In this document: piece after piece, positions 1-13,198 of the stretch
Layout: each line of letters starts with the position of its first letter
Position numbering within the stretch: the stretch's first letter is position 1
Assembly: GCA_000004695.1 (NCBI GenBank)
Contig: CM000151.3
Location: 2,528,001 to 2,592,000, forward strand
Source of the DNA: Dictyostelium discoideum
Lineage: Eukaryota
Length of the DNA stretch: 64,000 nucleotides
Reading direction: 5' to 3'
Notes under the pieces: generated by a model
Seen by the model: only the letters and a program-made list of their open reading frames with translations
Told to the model about the DNA's origin: nothing
The model's database searches: none
Translations under genes and position numbers: made by a program

Positions 1-419
1 CCTTTTTAAAAAGAGTCAGGTTTACTTTTTTTTTCTATTTGCTATTTTTTATTTTTTTTACATTTGTTTGAGTGATTATTTTTTTTTTTATTTTCAAAAA
101 AGTTTATTCTTTTTATACTCGATCATTTTTCAATTTTAAAAATTATTTGAAATTTTAAAAAGGAATTTTTACTATTTTAAGTAAAATCCAATAGCCAAAA
201 AGAAAATTCCCTAATCTGAAAATATTCAAAATAGGAAAATCGTAAAAGGGGTATTATTTTAATATAATCTTAGTTTTTTCCTTATTTTAACAATTGTTAT
301 TTTAATCTTTTTTTTTATTCTCTTTATTTATTTTTTTTTATTTACAAACAATTTTAAAATAATGGTTAATTTAGTTTTTTTTTTATTTTTTTTTTTTTTT
401 TTTTGTTAAAAAATTAAAA

Positions 420-698
420 TTAATTAAATTCTACTTCTTGAATGAATGGAACTTCATTTGGTTTATAAAAATTTGATGGTATATTGAAAGGAATATTTCT
501 CACCCAATCAGGTAAAGTGAAATCATTTAATGATGGATTTGGATTCAATAATAAAACACCAATTTCAAAATTTGAAATTGATACTTGACTTTCATTCTTT
601 TGGAAAGCACCCCAAGCTGATAAAGAAAAATTATGACTACCAGTATATACCCAATCATATTTTATTCTATCATCATTATTATTATAATTATTATTATT

Positions 699-738
<40 letters not shown>

Positions 739-1216
739 AAGGTAGTTGTACCAACCATAATTTTACTATGATGAACTAAATCTTTACGATAAAAATATTT
801 TGAAGAAAAATGACTAAAAGATGAATTATCATTATCATAGTTTTTAACTGATAAAAATAAACAACCTGAAGTCATAGCTCTAATTGGATTACCTCTTATC
901 CAATTTTTAGTTGGAAAAATAATATGTAATGGCTTGTCACTCAATACACTTTTATTTCTTTTTTGATTATTTGAATTTTGATTTTGATTATTGCATAGTA
1001 CGTAATTTGTAAAAACATTTCTAAAATCACTTCTATCACCACCTAAAGATGATGTTTGACAATATAAATCCTTTACATATTTATATGGAGGTGATTGATT
1101 TTCATTTACTACTGTATTATTTTCTTGATCCTTGTAATATTGATTTAAATATTTTTGTAATGTATAAATACCACTACCAAAACTTGAACTTGTTTTATCA
1201 ACATTTTCATCATTAC

Positions 1217-1279
<63 letters not shown>

Positions 1280-1509
1280 TTGATTTTTCTAATTTATAAA
1301 TTCCTGGGATTGATGTTATTAATTTAACTGCACAATTTGAATAATCAAAATCATCCAAAAAAGCAAACTCTTCAACACCAGAACTTTTTAAAAAGTGTTT
1401 TAAACCATTTAAAAATTCAATACCCAATTCATTATTTGAATTTGAATTTGAATTATTTGTTGCAGTTGCAGTTGTAGTAGTAGTAGTAGTTGTTGTTGTG
1501 GTTGTTGTT

Positions 1510-1586
<77 letters not shown>

Positions 1587-2075
1587 GTTTGGTTGTTTTT
1601 TTAAAAAATCTTGAAACCAAATTGTTTGACCCCAACCTGAATAATCAAATTTTGTTGGATTTGAAGATGGTATTACAACTCTAACTAAATCAACAAACGT
1701 GAAAATCATTAATTTTGAATGATATAGTTGATAATTAAATAATGGTGGATTAATAACTGTAATGAAATCATTAATAGCATGGCGACCTTTTGTTTCAGGT
1801 TTACTATAATTCTTTACAAATGTAAATTTAACTTTGTTACCATGTTCTTTTCGTATCTCTTTTATTACCCATTCTGGATCAAGTGCAAATCCACTTACCA
1901 ATGCTCCAACCATTCCCGGTTTCTTTATTAAATCTTTAAATGATAATGTATTAATTGTACAAATTCTAGGTTGTTCATTTGTTGAATTTAAATAAAATGA
2001 ATTTGGTTTAAATTTATAATTCTCATTTTTATCAATTAAAACTCCACCAATAATTGTACCACTCTCTTTTTTATC

Positions 2076-2110
<35 letters not shown>

Positions 2111-2115
2111 TATTA

Positions 2116-2197
<82 letters not shown>

Positions 2198-2624
2198 AAT
2201 TATTGTTAAAATTATTATATGATGATGATGATTTTTTATTTGAATAAAATTGATTTCTATCAATTGAATTTTCAAGTAAAGGTGGTGAAGAATTATTTTT
2301 ATTTCTAATCATTGATAATATATGTGAACGATTATTATTATTATTATTTCCGATAGTAGTTGTACCTAAAGAAAATGCTATTGCTTTTTGAAGATCTTCA
2401 TCTTCTGTATCATCATCATCACTAATTTCAATAACTTCTTTTCTATTATTAATATTAAATTTACTTGCTTTTGATTTAAATCTTTTACATGATTCAAATC
2501 TACTATTATGTCTGAATTTTCCTTTATTCCTCTCTGAATCTGAATCAGATTCTGATTCCGTTTCTGAATCAGTATCAGATATTATTTCTTGAATATCATT
2601 TTCTTCTTGGTTATGATTTAACAT
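420..2624 (-). CDS. tdp1: Tyrosyl-DNA phosphodiesterase 1 (TDP1), single exon, 734 aa
   Basis: Continuous 734-aa ORF. Two HxK(x)nN PLD-type motifs (…YHSKLMIFTF… and …HHSKIMVGTT…) and a C-terminal …WVYTGSHNFSLSAWGAF block match the TDP1 catalytic core. An N-terminal UIM-like 'EDEDLQKAIAFSLG' is present. The linker is poly-N from (AAT)n. Confidence 0.8.
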
Positions 2625-3334
2625 TTGATGAATTTTTGAAAATTTTGAAATTATTAATAATACTGTTAATGTGCCAAATTTTTTTTTTTTTTGGGTGAAT
2701 GTGAAAAAATAAAAAATAAATAATAAAAAAATAAGAGTGTGAGTGTGAAAAAATAAAAAATAAATAATAAAAAAATAATAAAAAAAATAATGAATAACAA
2801 AATAAAAAATAAAAATAAAAATAAAAATAAAAATAAATTAAAAAAATTAAAAAAAAAAAAAAAAAAATAAAAAATAAAAAAAAAAAAAAAATGAATAAAA
2901 ATGAAAGTGATAAAATAAATAAAAAAAAAAAAAATGAATAAAAAAAGAATTTCAAAGTGATAAAAATAAAAAAAACAATTAAATTCATTCAAAAGTATCA
3001 TTTTATTATAAAACAAACTTAAAATGGATTATTTAAGAAATTAAAATATTGTTTTATTAAAAATGACTGGAATTGGAAAAATTTTTAAATAAAAAATATT
3101 TAAAATAATAAATTAATAATTTATATTAATAAAGTAATTATAAAATAAATTATAAAATAAATAGAAAATTTATTAATTTAAGAAAATATGTCAACTTATC
3201 TTTTTTAAATATAAATTGATAAAAAAAATAAAAAAAAATTAAAAAAATAATTTTATTAATAATAATTATAATATTAAAATATAATTACAAATAAATAAAT
3301 ACAAATAAATTAAATATAAATATAAACAAATAAA
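2625..3334. promoter_or_regulatory. Divergent (bidirectional) AT-rich promoter region between TDP1 (-) and the CTDC-repeat gene (+)
   Basis: 710 bp of more than 90% A+T with poly-A/poly-T tracts between two head-to-head start codons. Inferred from position only. Confidence 0.35.
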
Positions 3335-4417
3335 ATGATTAAAAAATATTTTTTTATTTTAATAATTTTAATAATAATTTTAATTATTAATTGCCAAGAA
3401 TTATGTGATTGTAATTTAGATTGTGATGATTGTGATCAATGTACAACAGATTTATGTATTCAAGGATGTTGCACCCATATTGAAATAAATTGTGATGATG
3501 GTAATCATTGTACTACTGATGGTTGTTCAATTGAAACTGGATGTACACATATCAATATTGAATGTAATGATGGTGATGCTTGTACCATTGATGGTTGTTC
3601 AAAATCTAGTGGTTGTTTTTATTCCCCAATTTCATGTGATGATGGTAATGCTTGTACCAATGATGGTTGTTTAAAAGAAACTGGTTGTTGTACCCATACA
3701 AATGTAGAATGTTGTGATGGTAATGCTTGTACTGTTGATTCTTGTTTACCTTCAACTGGTGAATGTTGTTATTCTCCAATTTCTTGTGATGATATTAATC
3801 AATGTACCACTGATACTTGTTCAAATTCAACTGGTGCTTGTTGTAATTTACCAATTTCATGTGATGATAATAATCAATGTACCACTGATTCATGTTTAGA
3901 GTCTACTGGTTGTTGTCATAATGAAATAACTTGTGATGATGGTAATCAATGTACTTTTGATTCTTGTTCGCCTTCAACTGGCTGTTGTCATAATCAAATA
4001 ACCTGTGATGATGGTAATCAATGTACTACCGATTCTTGTTCAATTGAAACTGGTTGTTGTAATTCTCCAATTTCTTGTGACGATGGTAATCAATGTACTA
4101 CCGATTCTTGTTCCCCTTCAACTGGTTGTTGTCATAATCAAATTAGTTGTGATGATGGTAATCAATGTACTGCAGATTCTTGTTCAATGGAAACTGGTTG
4201 TTGTCATTCACCAATTTCATGTGATGATGGTAATGCTTGCACTATAGATTCTTGTTCTCCAACAACTGGTTGTTGTCATTCTCCAATTTCTTGTGATGAT
4301 GGTAATGATTGTACAATTGATTCTTGCTCTCCAAAAACTGGTTGTTGTCACACCCCTTTGGAATTAACAGAACCAATTCAATTACATTATGTATATCAAG
4401 ATATCAATGATTATTAA
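3335..4417 (+). CDS. Secreted cysteine-rich protein built from ~12 tandem 'Dictyostelium (CTDC) repeats'
   Basis: Hydrophobic signal peptide (MIKKYFFILIILIIILIINC), then a ~24-aa unit 'C-D-D-G-N-x-C-T-x-D-x-C-x-x-x-T-G-C-C-H' repeated about 12 times. ATG is in an AAAATG context; single ORF. Confidence 0.8.
   Translation: MIKKYFFILIILIIILIINCQELCDCNLDCDDCDQCTTDLCIQGCCTHIEINCDDGNHCTTDGCSIETGCTHINIECNDGDACTIDGCSKSSGCFYSPISCDDGNACTNDGCLKETGCCTHTNVECCDGNACTVDSCLPSTGECCYSPISCDDINQCTTDTCSNSTGACCNLPISCDDNNQCTTDSCLESTGCCHNEITCDDGNQCTFDSCSPSTGCCHNQITCDDGNQCTTDSCSIETGCCNSPISCDDGNQCTTDSCSPSTGCCHNQISCDDGNQCTADSCSMETGCCHSPISCDDGNACTIDSCSPTTGCCHSPISCDDGNDCTIDSCSPKTGCCHTPLELTEPIQLHYVYQDINDY
3400..4330 (+). 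repeat. ~72-bp tandem DNA repeat underlying the CTDC protein repeats
   Basis: The motif 'tgtgatgatggtaatcaatgtac…gattcttgtt…actggttgttg…' recurs with ~72 nt period along the coding region. Confidence 0.7.
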
Positions 4418-4741
4418 AAATCTATAAATATATTTTATAAAAAAAAAAAAAACAATGGAAATTTTAAATTTGAAAAAAAAATAAAAAAAAAAAAAAGATA
4501 TTTTCCTATTTTTAGAATAGTCAGTTGGTTTAATTTTTTTTAATTTTTAATTTTTTTTGATTTTTAATTTTTTTTTTTTTTGATTTTTTTTTTTTTTTTT
4601 TTATAATTTTTTTTTTGGCATGCAAATATTTTTTTTTTTTTATAAAAAAACTTTTTTCTCCTTTATTTTTTTTTTTTTGTTTTATTTTTTTTTTTTATTT
4701 TTTTTCTCCAATTTTAATTCATTAAAACCTTATTTTTAAAT

Positions 4742-6357
4742 ATGGTTAGATTATTTAGAAGTGGATCAAACCCAAAAGGTAAATTATAATCTAAAATTTT
4801 TTTTTAATTTTTTTTTCAATTTTTTTTTTTTTTTTTTTTTTTATTATTAACTTTTTTTTTTTTTTTAATTTTTTATTTTTTTAATTATTTAAAGAAATTG
4901 ATATATCACAACCAAATTCATTAGTACATAAAGTTCATGTTGATTTAGATTTAAATTGGAGTTCAGGAGGTGAAACATCATTTGAAATTCAAGAGAAATT
5001 AGGAGAAGGATCATTTGGATCAGTTTATAGAGCAATTCATAAATCATCAAATACATCGATTGCAATTAAAGAATTTGAAATTTTCGAAGCAAATGATGTT
5101 GAACCAATTAGTAAAGAGATTCAAATTCTAAAGAAATGTAATAATCCATATGTTGTTAGTTATTTTGGATCGATAATGTTAAAGAATAAATATTGGATCT
5201 TGATGGATTATTGTTCACTTTCCTCTTTTAATGATATTATGCAATCGATTGGTAAAACTTTTAAAGAGAAAGAGATCTCATTGATTCTTCAACAATCATT
5301 ATTGGGTTTGGTTTATTTACATTCTAAACAAATCATACATCGTGATATTAAATCGGCAAATATTCTATTGGATGAAACTGGTCAAGTGAAAATCGCAGAT
5401 TTTGGCGTCTCTCAACAAATCCAATCCACTTTTTCCAAAGGTTCAATCGCAGGTACGCCCTATTGGATGGCACCTGAAATTCTAAATCAAACCGATTACA
5501 ATAATAAAATCGATGTTTGGTCATTAGGTATAGTTGCCATTGAATTGGCCGATGGTGAACCACCACTTTCCGAGGTTAATCCAATGAGAGCCATGTATAT
5601 GATTGGTAGAAGACCTCCACCAACTTTTAAAGATCCAAAGAAATGGTCACCAGAGTTTGTATCATTCGTTGATAAATGTTTAACTAAAGATATCAATGAA
5701 AGATGGTCACCTTCTCAATTATTAGATCATCCTTTTATTAAAAGTGCAAAACCAGATGCATTAAAAGAATTAACTCAAATGGCTATAAAATTAAAATCAA
5801 AAAAAAGAAAATCAATTGGTCCTTCAGTTTCACCAAAACAACAACCAAATGATAATAATAATAATAATAATAATAATAAACCACAATTTTTAAGTAAATT
5901 ATTAAATAATAACTCAAATAGTAGTAATGATATTGGTGAAACTACTTCTGGTTCTGTAATTTATAAACCAAATGTTTTCAGTGGTTCAATTGATACTGGT
6001 TCAGTCGTAATTCATAATACAATCACTAGTAATAACAATGACTCTGGTTCAGTAGTTTTAAATTCAAATACTGTAATTAATAGATCAAAACCATTACCAC
6101 CACCACCTTCTTATGAATCTGTAATTTTAAATGATAAATTAAAACAACAACAACAACAACAACAACAAAGCAATCAACAAACAACAACAACTACTACTAA
6201 ACAAAATACTATTAAAAATAAATTCAATACAATTAGCAATACTATTAAATGTAATACTATTTTAGTTCAAGATAAAACTTTAGAAATTATTCAAAAGACG
6301 CCAATGAAAAATTTAGATGAAAGAAATCAAAAGTATGTTTTATTAAACTATATATAA
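4742..6357 (+). CDS. STE20-family Ser/Thr kinase, MST/Hippo-like (GCK-II type); 2 exons: 4742..4778, 4895..6357
   Basis: Exon 1 is ATGGTTAGATTATTTAGAAGTGGATCAAACCCAAAAG|gtaaat (MVRLFRSGSNPK, phase 1). A 116-bp AT-rich intron ends …ttatttaaag|. Exon 2 continues in frame: EIDISQP…EKLGEGSFGSVYRAIHK… (G-loop), VAIK-type Lys, HRDIKSANILL, DFG, GTPYWMAPE (STE20 signature). The kinase domain is close to MST1/2, followed by a low-complexity tail. Confidence 0.8.
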
Positions 6358-7389
6358 AAAAAAAAAAAAAAAAAAAAAAACTAATTCCTTTATGTATTCT
6401 TTTTTAATTTTTTTATTATTTAGAATCGTTTTATATTCAACACTTGGTTTAATTTTAGTCTTATCAGTCTTTTTTAAATTCTTTAAATAGATAGTTTAAA
6501 ATTAAGAAATTAGACTTTTTCAAATCTTTTATAAAAACAAACAAAAAACAAAAATAATAAAATATAAACTACTGTAAAAAAAAAAAAAAAAAAAAATAAT
6601 CCCACTCTTTTTTTTTTTTTTTTTTTTTTAATTTATTTTTATCCTTTTTTTTATTTATTTTTATCTTTTTTTTTTATTTTTTTCCTTTTTTTTTTTGATG
6701 CTTTTTTGGGATCCAAAATTATAAAAAACAATAATAAAAAAAAAAAATTTATTATTTAAGAAATAGAAATCTTAATTTATTGAATTCTTAATGAAAATTA
6801 AAATATTTTTTTTTTTCTTAATTATGTAAATTAGATTCATCAATTAATTGTTTCTATTTCTCGAAATTATAATTCAAGTTCGCAATATTTCAATAATAGT
6901 ATTATTAATTATAAAAATAATAAAAATAATAGTAATAATATTAATAATAATAAAAATAAAAAACCAAGCTTTTCAATTCAATAAAAGTGCTATGTTGTAG
7001 TGAAATAGATCAAGAATTCCCAAACGAAGAAACATGAACAATGTGAAGATATTAATCCTTTCCTTTAAATATTTCTAATAGAAATAAATTTAAATTTATT
7101 TTTAACAATAAAAAAAAAAAATTATAAAAAAATTTATTTATTTAATAAAATATAAAAAGGAAAAGAATAAATAAAACAAAAGATTTATTCTTATTTTTTA
7201 TTTTTTTATTTTTTTGATTATTGGAATTTCTTTTTTTATTTTTATTTATTTATTTATTAATTTATTTATTTATTTTTATATAATATTTTCCAACCAATTT
7301 TTTAATATCTTCTTTAAAATTTATTTTTTAACAAGATACTTTCATTTCCTCAATCTGACATATCTTGTTTTAATTAAAAAAAATAATTG

Positions 7390-7425
<36 letters not shown>

Positions 7426-7483
7426 TTTTAAAAGATTTTGAAGCTCAAATTTGAAATTGTTTTATTTTCAAAGAAACTGGTTT

Positions 7484-7520
<37 letters not shown>

Positions 7521-7889
7521 GGGAGGAGACAGGGGGTTTAAAAATTGAAAATAATAATTCTTTTTTTTATATTTTTATTATTTGTTTATACCAAAAAAAA
7601 AAAAAAAAAAAAAAAAAGTTTCACAATTAGAATTACTTTTAATTTTTTTTTTTTTTTTTTATTATTATTATTAATTATTATGGCAATTGAATTCATTTAT
7701 TATTTTTGAGAAAAAAAAAAAAAAAACCAAACTTTTATATTTACTTCTTTTTGAATCTTTCCTATACTACTCTTTTTTCTTTTATTTTTTTTTTTTTACT
7801 TTTAACTTTTTTTTTTCATTTTAATTTTTTATTTTTTTTTTTTATTTTTTATTTTTTTATTTTTTTAATGTTTTATTCTTTTGTTAAAT

Positions 7890-8332
7890 TTATTTGGTTT
7901 CTGGTTGTTTAACTTCTTTTGCATCAGTTTGTTGACCCTTTGCCCAATCTGCAGAGTCAAAATATTTTTTATCCTAAAATAAATAAAAAAAAAAAAAAGT
8001 GAAAGAATACCTGTATTAATATCCAACATATTTAAATAAAAGTAAAAGGGGAGGGATAAAGATTAAAACTGTAATACAAACTCTTTTTGATAAAAGTGTT
8101 GATGGAGTTGGTAATCTTCCATATTTATCAAAAAATTTCTTTTCTTCTTCGGTCATTGGCTATAAAATAATATAAAATAGTTTATTATTAATATAAAATA
8201 ATTTCTATTTCCCTTTATTAAATTTAAATAGGGGAAAGGGGGTGTAAGTTCACAAAAAAAACAATGCACTTATAAAAATAGATTTTTAAAAAAAAAAAAA
8301 AAAAAAAAAATACTTACTTTAGTTTCAGACAT
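7890..8332 (-). CDS. Endosulfine/ARPP-19 (ENSA) family phosphoprotein, 59 aa; 3 exons: 8332..8318, 8159..8082, 7973..7890
   Basis: Not in the ORF track. Minus strand: ATGTCTGAAACTAAA|gtaagt (MSETK). Then ttttatag|CCAATGACC… (PMTEEEKKFFDKYGRLPTPSTLLSKR) with donor |gtttgt. Then ttttag|GATAAAAAATATTTTGACTCTGCAGATTGG… (DKKYFDSADWAKGQQTDAKEVKQPETK*). 'KYFDSADW' corresponds to the conserved ENSA/ARPP-19 'KYFDSGDY' Greatwall-site motif, and the upstream segment to the 'K…KYPxLGxKP…S.FLxKRL' block. Confidence 0.6.
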
Positions 8333-8494
8333 TTTCTAAATTTATATATATATGTGTATTTGTTTAATATTAAATTTCAATAATTATTGATTTATAGGGT
8401 AGGTATAAGGTTGTTGATATTTTTTTTTTTTTTTAAAACTAATTTTGTGGTGTAATACAAATAAAATTTTCAAAAAAAAAAAAAAAAAAATTTT

Positions 8495-8537
<43 letters not shown>

Positions 8538-9015
8538 AATAAAAATAAAAATAAAAATAAAATTAAAAAAATTTAAAATTGTTATTTGAAATCCAAAGGA
8601 TTAGATTAAATTTATAAAAAAAAAAAAAAAAAAAAAAAAAACTTAGTTAATCCTATTAATAGAATTAGTTTTTTTAATATTTTATTTCCCTTATTTCTTT
8701 TTTTTTTTTTTATTAATTTAAATTATCTTTTTTTATTTTATTTTTTTTTATTTTTTTTTTTAAAAAATAGTTTTTTTTTTTTTTCATTTTTTTTTTTTTA
8801 ATTTAATTAATTTTTTTTTTTTTTTTTTTTTCTAACCCCATGAACAATTAACAAAAATAATTAAAAAATAAAAAATAATTAAAAAAAAAAAAAAAAAAGA
8901 AAGCACACATAATTTTTTTTATTTCATTTTTCTTTTTTAAATTTTTTTTTTTTATTTTTTATAAAAACAATATAAAATAAAACTCAATATTTCAATTTAA
9001 AAAAAAAAAAAAAAA

Positions 9016-10306
9016 ATGGATACAATAGTTTCATCCTCAACAACTAATCCACCAACAACAACAGAGTCAACAATAAATAGTATAATAACAACAACAGATT
9101 CTAATAGTAATAACACAAATGATAACACTACAACTAATACCACTACTACAACTACAACAACAACAACAACTAATATTATAAATGACTCTGATTTAAAAAC
9201 AAAAACAACCACAACAACAACAACAATAATAAATGAAGAAAATTCAAAAATTACAATAAAAACCAAATGGAATGGTAAAGAATATAAAGTATTGATTTCA
9301 AAGAGTTCAACAGTTTTTGATTTAAAGAGACAATTGGAAACAATGACAAATGTATTATCAAAGAGACAAAAAATTTTAGGATTATCAAAAGGTAAACAAC
9401 CAACTGATGAAATGATAATAGAATCATTATCAATTCAAGATAATCATAGTATCATTATGATGGGTACACCAGAGTCAAATATTATTGCTGACGTTCCAAA
9501 AACAAGTGGTGATACCGATGAGGTATTCAATGATTTCGAATTTGATTATATCCCAGATTCTGATGAAATCTCTCATATTGAAAAAAATAAAAATCAATTA
9601 CTTGCAATGATTGAACGTTCAAATGATATCTCTTTAATTAATGACCCAAGACCAAATAAAAAATTATTAGTTTTAGATTTAGATCATACAATTTTAGATT
9701 TTAAAGATCAAGATGTTGAAAGTAAATAAAAATAAAATAAAATAAAATAAATAAAATAAAATAATATAATAAAATAAAATAAATAATTAATTTTTTTTTT
9801 TTTTTTAAATAAATATAGATATGAAAAGACCACATTTAGAAGAATTTTTAGTACAATCCTATCAACATTATGATATTGGAATTTGGTCTCAAACTAGTTG
9901 GAAATGGATTGAAATTAAATTAACAGAGTTGGGATTATTAACTAATCCACGTTTTAAAATTTGTTTTGTAATGGATCAAACATTAATGTTTAAGGTAACA
10001 ACCTATAGAACCATCAATGGTAAAGAGAGAACTAAAATTAAACATAATGTAAAAGCATTGGAAGTAATTTGGAAACATCAACATTTAGGTAAATTCTTTA
10101 GTATGAAAAATACTTTACATGTTGATGATCTCTCCAAAAACTTTGCAATGAATCCAAAGAATGGTGTACATGTTCCACCTTTTAAAATTAAAGATGCTAA
10201 AAAGTATGGTGATAATGTCTTATTCCATCTAACAAAATATTTAAAATCAATTTCAAATGAAGAAGATATAACTCTTATTGATCATAAGGAATGGATTAGA
10301 AAAATT

Positions 10307-10312
<6 letters not shown>
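9016..10312 (+). CDS. ublcp1: Ubiquitin-like domain-containing CTD phosphatase 1 (UBLCP1); 2 exons: 9016..9721, 9819..10312
   Basis: Exon 1 has a Thr-rich N-terminus, then a ubiquitin-like fold (KWNGKEYKVLISKSSTVFDLKRQLE…ILGLSKGK…), then the FCP1/HAD catalytic motif 'LVLDLDHTIL' (DxDxT). Donor GAAA|gtaaat, a 97-bp intron, acceptor …aaatatag|. Exon 2 'MKRPHLEEFLVQSYQHYDIGIWSQTSWKWIEIKLTELGL…' aligns with human UBLCP1 '[37 protein letters not shown]'. Confidence 0.8.
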
Positions 10313-10341
<29 letters not shown>

Positions 10342-10855
10342 TAAATAAATAAAAAAAGTTGTAATTTTTTTAAAAACAAAAAAAAAAGAAATAACTATAT
10401 ATTATGTTGTAGTAAATATATATATATATTTTTTTTTTATTAAATCTGAAAAGTAAAAAAACTAGGTGTTTTGGTCAAAAAAAAAAAATAAATTAAAACA
10501 AAAACAGGCAAAAAAAAAATAATTAAATTCTAAAATTAATTTTTTTTTTTTTTGGGAAATTATACCACCAAGATTTTTTAAACAAATCAATAATAATTTT
10601 GTTTGAAATTTCAATTGAAAAAATTATTCTTTTCATTTTAATATCAGCAAATATCCATATTTTTAACATTTTTTGTTTTGTTTTTTTTTTTAAATAATTT
10701 TTTATTTTATTTTTTAATTTTTTTTTTTTAAAACTCGAAAACAAACTTTAAAAAAAAAACGAACGACAAATTCTGAAAAATTTATTTATATATAATAATT
10801 TTATATATAGTTTAAACATTGATATTTAAAAAAAATAAAAAAAAATAAAAAAACA

Positions 10856-11512
10856 ATGACAATTTATAATTATAAAAATTATAATAATAAAATTAATGAA
10901 TCTACAGTTGAATTTTATATTGATGATAAAGTTGATGAATCAGAAAAAAAAGGATTAAATGTTAAAATTATTACAGATAGATTATTAATTAGAAATATAA
11001 CTAATGATATTAAAGATAGAGAAACTTTTTATCAATTATTATGTGATCCAGTGAATACAGTTAAATATGGCTATGGAGTTCAAACAAAGGAGCAAGTTGA
11101 CCAAGATGTTGATCAATGGATAGAAGGTTGGAAAAATCAAGATGTTTGTAATGGTTTAATGGTATTTAATAAATTAAATAATGATTTCATTGGTCATGTA
11201 ATGTTTATGTATGGTAAAGTTGATGGTGAAGCTGAATTGGCAATTATAATAGATAAAAATCATTGGGGTAAAGGTTATGGTTCAGAAATGTTAGAAGTAT
11301 TAGTACATTGTATGTCTGATGCAATTAAAAAAGAAAATCATTTAATTTCAACCGGTCCAGGTTTAATTGGAAAACCATTATATACAATTTATGCAACTGC
11401 CAGAATTGATAATTTTGGTTCTTTATCAATTATTCAAAAAGCTGGTCTTAAATATTATCATCAAGAAATGTTATATGGTTTTGAAAGAAAATTTTTTAGA
11501 ATTGATTTATAA
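10856..11512 (+). CDS. GNAT-family N-acetyltransferase (RimL/Acetyltransf_3-like), 218 aa
   Basis: Single ORF. Acetyl-CoA binding region '…IIIDKNHWGKGYGSEMLEVLV…' (Q/RxxGxG/A motif) and a typical GNAT beta-alpha core. ATG in A-rich context. Confidence 0.7.
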   Translation: MTIYNYKNYNNKINESTVEFYIDDKVDESEKKGLNVKIITDRLLIRNITNDIKDRETFYQLLCDPVNTVKYGYGVQTKEQVDQDVDQWIEGWKNQDVCNGLMVFNKLNNDFIGHVMFMYGKVDGEAELAIIIDKNHWGKGYGSEMLEVLVHCMSDAIKKENHLISTGPGLIGKPLYTIYATARIDNFGSLSIIQKAGLKYYHQEMLYGFERKFFRIDL

Positions 11513-11801
11513 AAAAAAAATAAAAAAAAATATATATAGCAATAAAAAATAATAATAATAAAAATAATAAAAATATAATAAAATATAAATAGTAATTGTT
11601 TGAATAATGAATTTGTATATATAAAGTTTGAAAAAGAGTTATTAAAAAATAAAAACAAAATGTTACCCTAAAAAAAAAAAAATCTACACTTTTTTATTTA
11701 TTTATTCACTTTTTATTTATTTATTTATTCACTTTTTTTTTTTTTTTTTGATTTATTAATTCTTGATTAGAATTTATTTATTTATTTATTATTTTTTTTT
11801 T

Positions 11802-13126
11802 TTAATTATAAAAATTAAATAAATAATCAATAGTTAAAGAATATTGTTTTAATTGTTGATAAATATGATGAATTAAATTTGGAATTTTTGATTCAAAATA
11901 TAATAAGATAGAATCTTGACTTGATAAATACTCTAAAACTTCTAAATTTGGACGTGATTGTTGATTTTGAAATTGTTGAATGATTGCTCTTTTAATTTCT
12001 TTATGATGAGCAATTGTATTTCTAATGAATCTAATTAAATCTCTAACTTTATCATATTGATATGAAATGGTTATTTTTGAACCTTTTGTTGGTGTTAAAA
12101 GATTGGTTACATCAATTAAATGATTCCAAGAATCATTTAAAAATGGTTCATCATTATCATCACAATGATTTAATTGTTTTGTTAACTTTGAATTGTAACT
12201 TGAGTTTGAAGGTTCTTTAATTAAATTTAAAGCTGCATCAATGAATTGTATTTTCTTTTCTAAATTCCAAAACAATGGATGATTTAAAACATTTTGGATG
12301 GTTGGTCTAATTGATTCATCTTTTGAAATCATTGATTTAATTAAAGTACAAGCCAATTGATTTGAATTCAATGGAGTTAGATTCATTTTATTTGAAATTA
12401 TATTAACTATACGAAATAATTTATCATTACCAAATGGATGTTGACCATTTGTTAAAAGATAAAATAAAATACAACCCAATGAAAATATATCGACAGATTT
12501 TGTCATTCTTTTACTTTGTAATACTTCAAATGGATGATAACCACCTTGACCTGTTGGTATATTACTTGTAAATGAATATGATGATTCAACTTCCATTTTA
12601 CTTAATCCAAGATCTGATATAATGAATGAGTTATTTGAACTATTATTATTATTACTAGTTTTACCAATTAATGTTAAAATATTACGTGGATTTAAATCAT
12701 TATGAACAATATCATGAGAATGAAGGAATTGAATACCAAAGAGAATATCTTTTGCAAGTTCAATAATTGATTTGTTTGATGAAATAACAAAATCATTTAA
12801 TTTACCACTTTCAACTAAATTCTGTAATGATCCATCACATAATGTTAAACCTAAATATACATGAAGTTTATCTTCCTCTTTATCAATATATCTAATCATA
12901 TTTGAACAATTTTTACTTGTTAATGAAATTAATGCTTCAACTTCTTTATTGATAAGTGGATTGAATGCTTTTTGCATTTGTTTAATTGCAACTGGTATTT
13001 TATCACTCCATAAACCTTTAAATACTAATGTACCATTTGAACCTCTACCTAATATATTTGATTCATTTCTATTAAATTTAAATTTACCAATTGATACAAA
13101 ATCTTCATCTTGAATTATATTATTTA

Positions 13127-13198
<72 letters not shown>

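Noticed and set aside
2611-3016. ORFs 2611..2988(-) and 2666..3016(-), proteins rich in F/L/I/Y
   Set aside because: They lie entirely in the >90% A+T promoter spacer between TDP1 and the CTDC gene. Their composition is a pure translation of poly-A/T, with no codon structure or motif.
3492-4247. ORFs 3492..3674, 3714..3899 and 4005..4247 (+), M/V/L-rich
   Set aside because: Out-of-frame readings of the tgtgatgatggtaat… CTDC repeat. The Cys-rich frame (3335..4417) is the gene.
6900-7060. Possible extra 3' exon (SARAH-like) for the MST-like kinase
   Set aside because: The only open frame there (IKNSQTKKHEQCEDINPFL*) is short and has no coiled-coil SARAH signature. It is more likely 3' UTR.
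7505-7545. G-rich island 'aaggggggaggagacagggggttt' inside poly-A spacer
   Set aside because: It is striking against the AT background. It is too short and isolated to assign a function, and is not obviously positioned relative to the kinase 3' end or the endosulfine gene.
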